Positions 1-5,175 of a stretch of 5,477 nt of DNA are shown in pieces. The stretch is taken from positions 1 through 5,477 of the IMG/VR virus record IMGVR_UViG_3300045988_096731, one strand, 5' to 3'. The position numbers were made by a program, and so were the translations under genes. Each line of letters starts with the position of its first letter. Position 1 is the first letter of the stretch. The notes below the pieces were generated by a model, which worked only from the letters and a program-made list of their open reading frames with translations, made no database searches and was not told the DNA's origin. The stretch is from a virus.

Positions 1-96
1 ATGAAAGTTGGTACTCCGGTCGCGTTGTTTTGTTGGCTTGTACTAGCCATTTTAGTTGTCTCCTTAGTGATTAGTATATTGGATGTTTTTTTATAA
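1..96 (+). CDS. Duplicate copy of the 31-aa membrane peptide ORF, inside the terminal redundancy
   Basis: Identical sequence to 5337..5432. It is the same gene on the circular map. Confidence 0.55.
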   Translation: MKVGTPVALFCWLVLAILVVSLVISILDVFL

Positions 97-141
97 GGAG
101 TTGATGTTGTATGAAACGACAAAAAATGAGTAAAAAAAAGA
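1..141. repeat. Terminal redundancy, left copy (identical to 5337..5477); signature of a circular genome or linearisation artefact
   Basis: Base-by-base comparison: atgaaagttggtactccggtcgcg...aatgagtaaaaaaaaga occurs at 1..141 and again at 5337..5477. Confidence 0.95.
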
Positions 142-224
142 GTAATAAAAACTTCCGTCGCGGAATGAAAGTTAATCCGAAAAATAAGCGCCCCATCCCC
201 ATGCGCGGTGGTTTTAGAATGTAA
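111..224 (+). CDS. Small highly basic DNA-binding/packaging protein (gokushovirus ORF8/VP8-type, functional analogue of phiX174 J), 37 aa: MKRQKMSKKKSNKNFRRGMKVNPKNKRPIPMRGGFRM
   Basis: AAGGAG at 95..100 lies 10 nt before the ATG at 111, and TAA is at 222..224. 14 of 37 residues are K or R and none is acidic. The C-terminal P-x-RGG-x-R-hydrophobic tail resembles my recollection of the small basic proteins of SpV4 and Chlamydia microviruses. It sits immediately upstream of VP4. Confidence 0.7.
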   Translation: MKRQKMSKKKSNKNFRRGMKVNPKNKRPIPMRGGFRM

Positions 225-258
225 TGTTAGTTTCGATTTTTTTCGGAGTTGATTTGTC

Positions 259-1176
259 ATGCCATGTTATCATCCCATTCCGATGTGGTATAGTAAGGAT
301 GTGAATAAAGAAACCGGTAAACGCTCTTTGACGGCGAATTATGGTAATGCTTGGCGTCCGCTTGGTCGGCTTCCGGAGACGATTTACGTTCCGTGTGGTC
401 AGTGCGTTGGCTGCCGGCTTGAGTATAGCCGGCAGTGGGCCATGCGTTGTGTACATGAGTTTGAAATGGCCGGTCGTGTTGGATCCTTCCTCACTCTTAC
501 ATATAGTCCCGAACATTTGCCGGAAGATGGTAAAATTCATAAAGATGTTTTTCAAAAGTTCATGAAACGTCTTCGAAAACGGTTTGGCAGCGGTCTTCGC
601 TTTTTTGCTTGCGGTGAATACGGCCACAAGTTTAAAAGACCACACTATCATGCAGTTATTTTTGGCTTGCGATTCCCGGATTTAATGATCCATACAGTTA
701 AGCACGGTTTCCAGTATTATCGTAGTCCTACGCTGGAGAAGTTGTGGCCCTACGGATTCAGCCTGATCGGCAGCGTTACGTTTGAGTCGTGCGCTTATGT
801 CGCTCGCTATGTGATGAAAAAGCAAAAAGGTGATGATGTTGACGAATCTTTGCAGCCGTTTGTCTTGATGTCGCGTATGCCAGGTCTCGGTCATGATTGG
901 TACGAAAAGTATAAAAGCCAGGTTTATCCAAATGACTTTATTGTCGTCCGTGACGGTGTGACTTGTAAGCCGCCTGCGTATTATGATTCCTTGTTAGAAA
1001 AGGACGATCCTGATTTGTATGAGAAAGTCAAAAATGCCCGCCAAGACAAGTATCGTCGTGACGAGTCAATGACAACGGAAGAGTATGAAATTGCTCAGAT
1101 CCAAGAGCGGTTAAAAGCTCGCAAACTAACTAAACTTGTGCGCCAGCTGCATGACGATGTAGATATGTACGAGTAA
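259..1176 (+). CDS. VP4: Replication initiation protein VP4 (HUH rolling-circle endonuclease, phiX174 gpA family), 305 aa
   Basis: Typical gokushovirus VP4 features: N-terminal MPCYHPI, CGQCVGCRLEYSRQWAMRC, FLTLTY, and the HUH motif HYH (643..651, in RPHYHAVIFG). The two-tyrosine catalytic motif YVARY (Y codons at 796..798 and 808..810) compares with YVAKY in phiX174 A. GGAG at 245..248 lies 10 nt before the ATG. Confidence 0.95.
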   Translation: MPCYHPIPMWYSKDVNKETGKRSLTANYGNAWRPLGRLPETIYVPCGQCVGCRLEYSRQWAMRCVHEFEMAGRVGSFLTLTYSPEHLPEDGKIHKDVFQKFMKRLRKRFGSGLRFFACGEYGHKFKRPHYHAVIFGLRFPDLMIHTVKHGFQYYRSPTLEKLWPYGFSLIGSVTFESCAYVARYVMKKQKGDDVDESLQPFVLMSRMPGLGHDWYEKYKSQVYPNDFIVVRDGVTCKPPAYYDSLLEKDDPDLYEKVKNARQDKYRRDESMTTEEYEIAQIQERLKARKLTKLVRQLHDDVDMYE

Positions 1177-1192
1177 ATGTCATTTGACATTT
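1175..1192. repeat. Perfect inverted repeat AAATGTCA-TT-TGACATTT overlapping the VP4 stop codon
   Basis: 1175..1182 is the reverse complement of 1185..1192. It holds two of the five copies of the AAATGTCA motif (see findings). Confidence 0.8.
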
Positions 1193-1240
1193 TGCCCCCC
1201 CCGTATGGTACTGTTGTACTAACGAGAGGGCATTTTTTTT
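1193..1240 (+). terminator. Candidate intrinsic terminator downstream of VP4: imperfect GC-based hairpin followed by T8
   Basis: The basal stem is TGCCC (1193..1197) paired with GGGCA (1228..1232), plus C1198-G1226 and C1199-G1224 with single-A bulges. The apical stem is TGGTAC (1206..1211) paired with GTACTA (1216..1221, one G-U pair), with loop TGTT. It is followed directly by TTTTTTTT at 1233..1240. The stem is interrupted, so strength is uncertain. Confidence 0.45.
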
Positions 1241-1283
1241 AGATCAAAAAAACGAGCGATCCCTTTCTGTTTAATCCAAGCAA

Positions 1284-1305
1284 CACTCCCTCTCGGAAAG
1301 GAGTG
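1284..1305 (+). other. Hairpin CACTCC-N10-GGAGTG that sequesters an orphan SD-like AAGGAGTGAT
   Basis: CACTCC at 1284..1289 is the reverse complement of GGAGTG at 1300..1305. No ATG, GTG or TTG lies within 5-15 nt downstream of the GGAG, so it is not an evident translation start. Confidence 0.5.
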
Positions 1306-1343
1306 ATTTCAAGTTACTATTCTTGTACGTATTTTGACCGTTA

Positions 1344-1371
1344 TTGTTACTGCTGTTTTTGATTTTATGCT
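1344..1371 (+). promoter_or_regulatory. Weak candidate promoter for the VP5-VP3-VP1-VP2 block (TTGTTA, 16-nt spacer, TATGCT)
   Basis: TTGTTA at 1344..1349, a 16-nt spacer, and TATGCT at 1366..1371, about 12 nt before the VP5 SD. Both hexamers are imperfect. It is proposed only because a terminator-like element precedes it. Confidence 0.25.
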
Positions 1372-1398
1372 TAATATTTTAAAAGGAGTTGTTACGAA

Positions 1399-1677
1399 AT
1401 GCTTAAAGTTTATTCAATCTTGGATGATAAGGCACAGTGCTTTAATACGCCGTACTTTGCCCAGAATGACCTGGTTGCTAGCCGTTCTTTTAGTGATTTG
1501 TGTAATGATAGTCGGAGTCTTGTTAGTCAGCACCTCGGCGATTTCCACTTGTATTGTTTAGGTGAGTTTGATGATGAAAAAGGCATCCTTAAGCCGTATG
1601 ATATGCCTAATTTTGTTAGTCATGCCTTACAGTACGCTAATGTCGAAAGGAGCGATGCTGATGGAGATACGCTCTAG
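1399..1677 (+). CDS. VP5: Nonstructural protein VP5 (gokushovirus ORF5 family), 92 aa
   Basis: MLKVYSILDDKAQCFNTPYFAQNDLVASRSFSDL...DFHLYCLGEFDDEKG matches the remembered VP5 pattern (F-x-TPFF, A-x-R-x-FSD, L-x-x-G-x-FDD). AGGAG at 1384..1388 lies 10 nt before the ATG. The position between VP4 and VP3 is canonical. Confidence 0.85.
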   Translation: MLKVYSILDDKAQCFNTPYFAQNDLVASRSFSDLCNDSRSLVSQHLGDFHLYCLGEFDDEKGILKPYDMPNFVSHALQYANVERSDADGDTL

Positions 1678-2098
1678 ATATAATGCCGGCGTTCGGGAAG
1701 GTTGGAAATCTTCCGTTCTTTCTATGACGCAGCAGCAGTTTAAGGACGAAGCAGATATCAATTATATCGTTTCAATGTACGATTCTTCTGGCGTGATGCC
1801 TACGTTCCATGGTGATGGTCAGCCTGCGCAGCCTGTTTTCGGTGATTTTGCATCGCTGCCGGATAATGCGCAGGAGATGTACAATCGCATGATAGAGGCT
1901 AAAAATAACTTTGACAATTTGCCATTGGAGGTTCGCAAGCGTTTTAATTACGACCCTGCTGCTTTTTTGGAATTTGCTGACAATCCGGAAAATTTGGATG
2001 AGCTTGTGGCCATGGGTCTTGCTACAAAGACCGTTATTAAGTCTGATAATCATACGGAAAATACGGATAATAATGCAGGCGATAGTGCCAATGAATAA
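1661..2098 (+). CDS. VP3: Internal scaffolding protein VP3, 145 aa from the ATG at 1661 (the ORF is open from 1562)
   Basis: MEIRSRYNAG...FKDEADINYIV...LPLEVRKRFNYDPAAFLEFADNPENLDELVAMGLA matches the conserved gokushovirus VP3 core (FKDE-x-DIN, R-x-RF-x-x-DP-x-x-FLEF). The start was chosen because AAGGAG at 1647..1652 lies 8 nt upstream of the ATG at 1661. The ATG at 1655 is only 2 nt from the SD, and 1562 has no SD. The gene overlaps the VP5 3' end by 17 nt. Confidence 0.85.
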   Translation: MEIRSRYNAGVREGWKSSVLSMTQQQFKDEADINYIVSMYDSSGVMPTFHGDGQPAQPVFGDFASLPDNAQEMYNRMIEAKNNFDNLPLEVRKRFNYDPAAFLEFADNPENLDELVAMGLATKTVIKSDNHTENTDNNAGDSANE

Positions 2099-2170
2099 GC
2101 ATTTTCTCAATAAATGTCACTTTTTCTCAGAAAAGCTGAAAAACCGCATGGTTGCCACTTTCGTTTTCAG

Positions 2171-2205
2171 GTCGTACCAGTTCTACTTGATGTAACTGGT
2201 ACGAC
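2171..2205 (+). other. Perfect 12-bp stem-loop (GTCGTACCAGTT / AACTGGTACGAC) with the 11-nt loop CTACTTGATGT
   Basis: Each of the 12 pairs from 2171-2205 to 2182-2194 was checked individually, and G2170-T2206 adds a wobble pair. It lies in the VP3-VP1 intergenic region. No T-run follows, so it is not a classical terminator. Confidence 0.85.
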
Positions 2206-2208
2206 TGA

Positions 2209-2227
2209 CACCAATGTAAGATTGGTG
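2209..2227 (+). other. Second stem-loop, 7 bp (CACCAAT / ATTGGTG) with loop GTAAG
   Basis: 2209..2215 is the reverse complement of 2221..2227. It lies 3 nt after the first hairpin and 17 nt before the VP1 SD. Confidence 0.7.
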
Positions 2228-2259
2228 CACTAAATGTAGATGTTAGGAGATGCATAAAA

Positions 2260-3972
2260 ATGTCAAAAAGAGCTACTCAGCACAGTTTTGCTATAAGCCC
2301 TCAGAATCAAGTTCCCCGGTCTTCTTTCAAGCGCTCACATACAGTAAAAACTACACTGGATGCAGGCCGGCTTGTTCCGTTTTATATTGATGAAGTTTAT
2401 CCTGGCGACACCTTTAACTGCAAGGCGACGCTTTTCGGTCGTATGGCCACGCCCATCGTTCCGGCTATGGATAATGCTTATATGGATACTTTTTTCTTTT
2501 TCGTTCCGTATCGTCTTCTTTGGAAGCACTGGAAGGAGTTTAACGGCGAAAATCCGCTTGCCGGCTATCAAAGTACAGAGTACGAAGTACCGCAGATGAC
2601 GGCCACCAATGCGCAGGTTCAGACGCTTTGGGACTATTTCGGTTTCCCGACCGATGTAAAAAATAAGCTTTCGGTTTCTGCTTTCCCTTTCAGAGCATAT
2701 TGGAAGATTTACAATGATTGGTTCCGTGACGAAAATCTTCAAAACGCTGTGTCTATCCAGACTGGCGCGCCGCTTTCTTCGACATCTTCTGAAGACGACG
2801 CTTATGGCGGCGATGCTACGCAGGATGCTACAACGGCACAGTGTTTCTATCGCGGCAAGCGTCATGATTATTTCACAAGTGCGCTTCCTTGGCCGCAAAA
2901 AGGTCCCGGCGTAGAATTACCTCTTGGTCAAACCGCTTCTGTTTCCGGCTCGCTTCCGGTTTCCGGCTTGCTTCCGGTTACTGGAGCTGTTACTATTAAT
3001 CGCCCTTCTGAGTGGACTGGCGATGGTCCCCGTCTTCTCTCACTTACTAACCATGATTCTGAACCTTCTGTTTCTGCTGTTTATACTACTGGTGGTATTC
3101 AATTTCAACCAAGAGCATATCTTGATATGTCTGTTGCAAATGGCACTGCTGATGCTTCTCATGCTACAGCTGATGCGTCAAAAGCGGTGGTTGATTTGTC
3201 AAGTGCAACGGCAATTACAATCAATAGCTTACGTTCTGCTTTTGCGCTTCAACGATTTTATGAAAAAGATGCTCGTGGTGGTACCCGATACACTGAAATT
3301 ATTCGCTCCCATTTCGGTATTATTTCGCCGGATGCTCGTTTACAGCGCAGCGAATACCTCGGCGGTGATTCAACCCCGATTATGTTCAATCCCGTGCAGC
3401 AGACTTCGTCTACCGACACTACTTCTCCGCAAGGTAACTTATCTGCGTATGCTTTGATGAGCACGCGCGTCCACGGATTTAATAAATCTTTTACAGAGCA
3501 CGGCATTGTGATTGGTTTGTGCAATATTCGCACTGATTTGAGTTATCAGCAAGGTATCAATAAGACATGGCTTAGACAAACTCGTGAAGAATTTTATTGG
3601 CCCACTTTTGCTCATCTCGGCGAACAGGCTATTCTTAACAAGGAGATTTACGCGCAGGGTACTGAGAGCGACAACCAGGTTTTTGGTTACCAAGAACGTT
3701 ATGCTGAATGCCGTTATCATCCTTCTATCATTACCGGCAAGATGCGCTCGACATATGCACAGAGTACGGATGTATGGCATTTTGCGCAAAAATTCGATGC
3801 GCTTCCCGCTCTCAATGGTGAATTTATCCAAGACCAGGCCAGCTACCAAGCTATTAAGCGTATTAGTGCGGTACAGTCTGAACCGCAGTTTTATCTTGAT
3901 GTGTATTTAGATTTAAAATGTGCTCGCCCGATGCCGGTTTACGGCGTCCCTGGCATGCTTGATCACTTCTAA
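2260..3972 (+). CDS. VP1: Major capsid protein VP1 (Microviridae F-type capsid), 570 aa
   Basis: Conserved gokushovirus VP1 blocks are present: LVPFYIDEVYPGDTF, TPIVPAMDNAYMDTFFFFVPYRLLW, FRAYWKIYNDWFRDENLQ, LRSAFALQRFYEKDARGGTRYTEIIRSHFG, and YGYQERYAE-type (here FGYQERYAECRY). AGGAG at 2245..2249 lies 10 nt before the ATG. A long variable insertion at roughly 2760..3200 corresponds to the three-fold protrusion loop. Confidence 0.97.
   Translation: MSKRATQHSFAISPQNQVPRSSFKRSHTVKTTLDAGRLVPFYIDEVYPGDTFNCKATLFGRMATPIVPAMDNAYMDTFFFFVPYRLLWKHWKEFNGENPLAGYQSTEYEVPQMTATNAQVQTLWDYFGFPTDVKNKLSVSAFPFRAYWKIYNDWFRDENLQNAVSIQTGAPLSSTSSEDDAYGGDATQDATTAQCFYRGKRHDYFTSALPWPQKGPGVELPLGQTASVSGSLPVSGLLPVTGAVTINRPSEWTGDGPRLLSLTNHDSEPSVSAVYTTGGIQFQPRAYLDMSVANGTADASHATADASKAVVDLSSATAITINSLRSAFALQRFYEKDARGGTRYTEIIRSHFGIISPDARLQRSEYLGGDSTPIMFNPVQQTSSTDTTSPQGNLSAYALMSTRVHGFNKSFTEHGIVIGLCNIRTDLSYQQGINKTWLRQTREEFYWPTFAHLGEQAILNKEIYAQGTESDNQVFGYQERYAECRYHPSIITGKMRSTYAQSTDVWHFAQKFDALPALNGEFIQDQASYQAIKRISAVQSEPQFYLDVYLDLKCARPMPVYGVPGMLDHF
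2941..2976 (+). repeat. Tandem 18-bp duplication (17/18 identical) inside the VP1 variable loop, encoding VSGSLP-VSGLLP
   Basis: gtttccggctcgcttccg (2941..2958) is followed directly by gtttccggcttgcttccg (2959..2976). Confidence 0.85.
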
Positions 3973-3988
3973 AAGGAGTTGATGGTAT

Positions 3989-5032
3989 ATGAGTTGGTTA
4001 TCGTCGGTTGCCGGTGCTGCTCTTGGTATATGGTCGGGTAATAAATCGGCTAATGCCCAGGCTGCACTTTCGCGTGAGCAAATGCAGTGGCAATCGCAGG
4101 AAGCACAAAAAACTCGCGATTGGCAAGAAAAAATGTCTTCTACTGCTCACCAGCGTGAGATTGAAGATTTGCGTAAGGCTGGCTTGAATCCCATGCTTTC
4201 CGGCATGGGTGGCCAGGGCGCGTCTACACCTGCCGGTGCGACTGCTTCTTATTCTTCTAATGCTTATACTGGTTACGGTTCGGATGTTTCTAATGGTATC
4301 AATGCTATGACTGGTATGTATTCCGCTAAAACCAACCGAAAAATTCAGCAGCAGCAAGAAAAAAATTTGGAACAGCAAAATTTGAATCTTAGTGCAGATA
4401 CATATAAAAAGACGCAGGAAGGTCGTGCTGCATCGACTGAAGCAGATTATAAAAAGGCTATGTTAGAGACTCAGTTAGTGCAGCTACTCGCTAATGCGAA
4501 TAATTTACAGGCTAGTGCTGATTTTACAAAAGGCGTTGGCACTGCGAAAGCACAGTCTGAGATTGATAAATACAATGCTGAAACTCGGTATATTAGTGGC
4601 CCACAGACGGATGTCGCGAATGCGACGACTGCGAATCTAGGAGCGCAGACAAACCGGATTAATGCTTTACTGCCACATGAAATCGCGAAAATTGATAGCG
4701 ATATCGAAAAAAATGTACATGAAATTTTACGAATTGATTCTGAAACGAGTTTAAATCAGGTTAAAATGATGACTGAAAAGTATGTGCAAGGCGAACTTAG
4801 TGCCCGATCGCTTGTTGAGTATTTGCAAGCTAAAGGTCAGACTGAAGATAATGCGCTAAAGTTTGTAAATCGTGTGCGCGCTCAGATAGATCTAAAACAG
4901 TATCAAACTCAGAATCGCTATTCTGGTGTTACTCCGCAAGGCCCTTATGAACGTTTGGCCCGCATTCTTGGTAATGCGAAAGGTCTTGTTGATGCTTCCC
5001 CGTTTGGCCTCATCACGCAGATTCTTAAGTGA
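3989..5032 (+). CDS. VP2: Minor capsid / DNA pilot protein VP2, 347 aa
   Basis: The N-terminal region S-x-AHQREIEDLRKAGLNPML matches the hallmark VP2 motif (remembered as NTAYQR...AGLNPML). A Gly/Ala/Ser-rich segment and a long Q/N/K-rich helical region follow. AAGGAG ending at 3978 lies 10 nt before the ATG. The position after VP1 is canonical. Confidence 0.9.
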   Translation: MSWLSSVAGAALGIWSGNKSANAQAALSREQMQWQSQEAQKTRDWQEKMSSTAHQREIEDLRKAGLNPMLSGMGGQGASTPAGATASYSSNAYTGYGSDVSNGINAMTGMYSAKTNRKIQQQQEKNLEQQNLNLSADTYKKTQEGRAASTEADYKKAMLETQLVQLLANANNLQASADFTKGVGTAKAQSEIDKYNAETRYISGPQTDVANATTANLGAQTNRINALLPHEIAKIDSDIEKNVHEILRIDSETSLNQVKMMTEKYVQGELSARSLVEYLQAKGQTEDNALKFVNRVRAQIDLKQYQTQNRYSGVTPQGPYERLARILGNAKGLVDASPFGLITQILK

Positions 5033-5127
5033 TTTCGGTTTTCCCTTGATTGCCCTGTGAAATTGTTTCACTCTCGTATTAGTGGAACGGTGACGTGCTG
5101 CGGCGTTTAGTCTATCATCCCTTTCTA

Positions 5128-5156
5128 TTGACATTTTATTAGATATCTGTTAGAAT
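5128..5156 (+). promoter_or_regulatory. Near-consensus sigma70-type promoter: TTGACA, 17-nt spacer, TAGAAT with extended -10 TG
   Basis: TTGACA at 5128..5133, a 17-nt spacer at 5134..5150, and TAGAAT at 5151..5156 preceded by TGT (TGnTAGAAT). It lies in the 143-nt VP2-downstream intergenic region, 20 nt upstream of the ATG at 5176. Confidence 0.7.
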
Positions 5157-5165
5157 ACTAACAGA
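5146..5165. promoter_or_regulatory. Operator-like inverted repeat TCTGTTA-N6-TAACAGA spanning the -10 box and the predicted transcription start
   Basis: TCTGTTA at 5146..5152 is the reverse complement of TAACAGA at 5159..5165. The adjacent 8-bp palindrome AGATATCT sits at 5141..5148. The direct repeat TAGATAT occurs at 5140..5146 and 5171..5177, 31 nt apart, and the second copy overlaps the ATG. Confidence 0.45.
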
Positions 5166-5175
5166 GGTGATAGAT

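Noticed and set aside
131-139. A8 run inside the basic-protein gene (and the C8, T8 and A7 runs at 1195..1252) as programmed slippage or phase-variation sites
   Set aside because: The A8 run simply encodes KKK in a lysine-rich protein. A single sequence gives no evidence of length heterogeneity. They are worth checking only as potential sequencing-error hotspots.
1184-1212. A second TTGACA (1184..1189) as a possible promoter -35 box after VP4
   Set aside because: No acceptable -10 hexamer lies 16-18 nt downstream, where the sequence is the C8 tract and GGTACT. The TTGACA is part of the AAATGTCA palindrome.
1177-1242. 21-aa ORF (MSFDILPPPYGTVVLTRGHFF) starting at the TAAATG junction after VP4
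   Set aside because: It has no SD. The reading frame is made up of the palindrome, the C8 tract, the terminator-like hairpin and the T8 run, so these are more plausibly structural or regulatory nucleic-acid elements.
1562-1660. N-terminal extension of VP3 to the ATG at 1562 (178-aa version in the ORF track)
   Set aside because: The extension has no SD and would be entirely overprinted on VP5. Its sequence (MSLMMKKASLSRMICLILLVMPYSTLMSKGAMLM) has no resemblance to VP3 N-termini, whereas the ATG at 1661 has AAGGAG 8 nt upstream and begins with a typical M-x-x-R-S-x-Y motif.
2114-2233. 39-aa ORF spanning the VP3-VP1 intergenic region (MSLFLRKAEKPHGCHF...)
   Set aside because: It has no SD within range and is composed almost entirely of the two hairpins. 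It was probably open by chance, and only the shared TAAATGTCA context made it noticeable.
3363-3390. Partial dif/XerD-arm-like sequence (ATTATGTTCAAT versus ATTATGTTAAAT of E. coli dif), which could hint at XerCD-mediated lysogeny as reported for some enterobacterial gokushovirus prophages
   Set aside because: Only the XerD-side arm matches. The XerC arm and central-region alignment are poor, and the site lies inside a conserved VP1 coding block rather than in a non-coding region. No second dif-like site was seen.
2924-3457. 177-aa Leu-rich hydrophobic ORF in the +1 frame of VP1, along with the other same-strand embedded ORFs at 341..565, 1911..2195, 2360..2599, 2714..2914 and 3584..3910
   Set aside because: The extreme L/F content follows from the frame shift of VP1's NCT, GCT and TCT-rich codons, which read as CTN or TTN. 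It starts at a TTG with no SD and lies in the least conserved part of VP1. The others likewise lack initiation signals and motifs. Only the VP5-embedded ORF was kept as a low-confidence finding.
5056-5072. CRP-like palindrome TGTGA-N7-TCACT
   Set aside because: The spacing is 7 rather than the canonical 6, and the right half-site is imperfect. It sits about 70 nt upstream of the -35 box without other support. It is better described as a small hairpin (see findings).
214-5134. All minus-strand ORFs in the track (214..651, 682..894, 1772..2110, 2335..2898, 3258..3533, 3439..3849, 3998..4378, 4892..5134)
   Set aside because: Each lies antisense to a confidently identified Microviridae gene, and the family transcribes only the viral-sense strand. 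None has a GGAG-N10-ATG signal, and the translations are low-complexity and R/K/I-rich with no recognisable motifs. The ORF at 4892..5134 starts inside the -35 box and has no SD.
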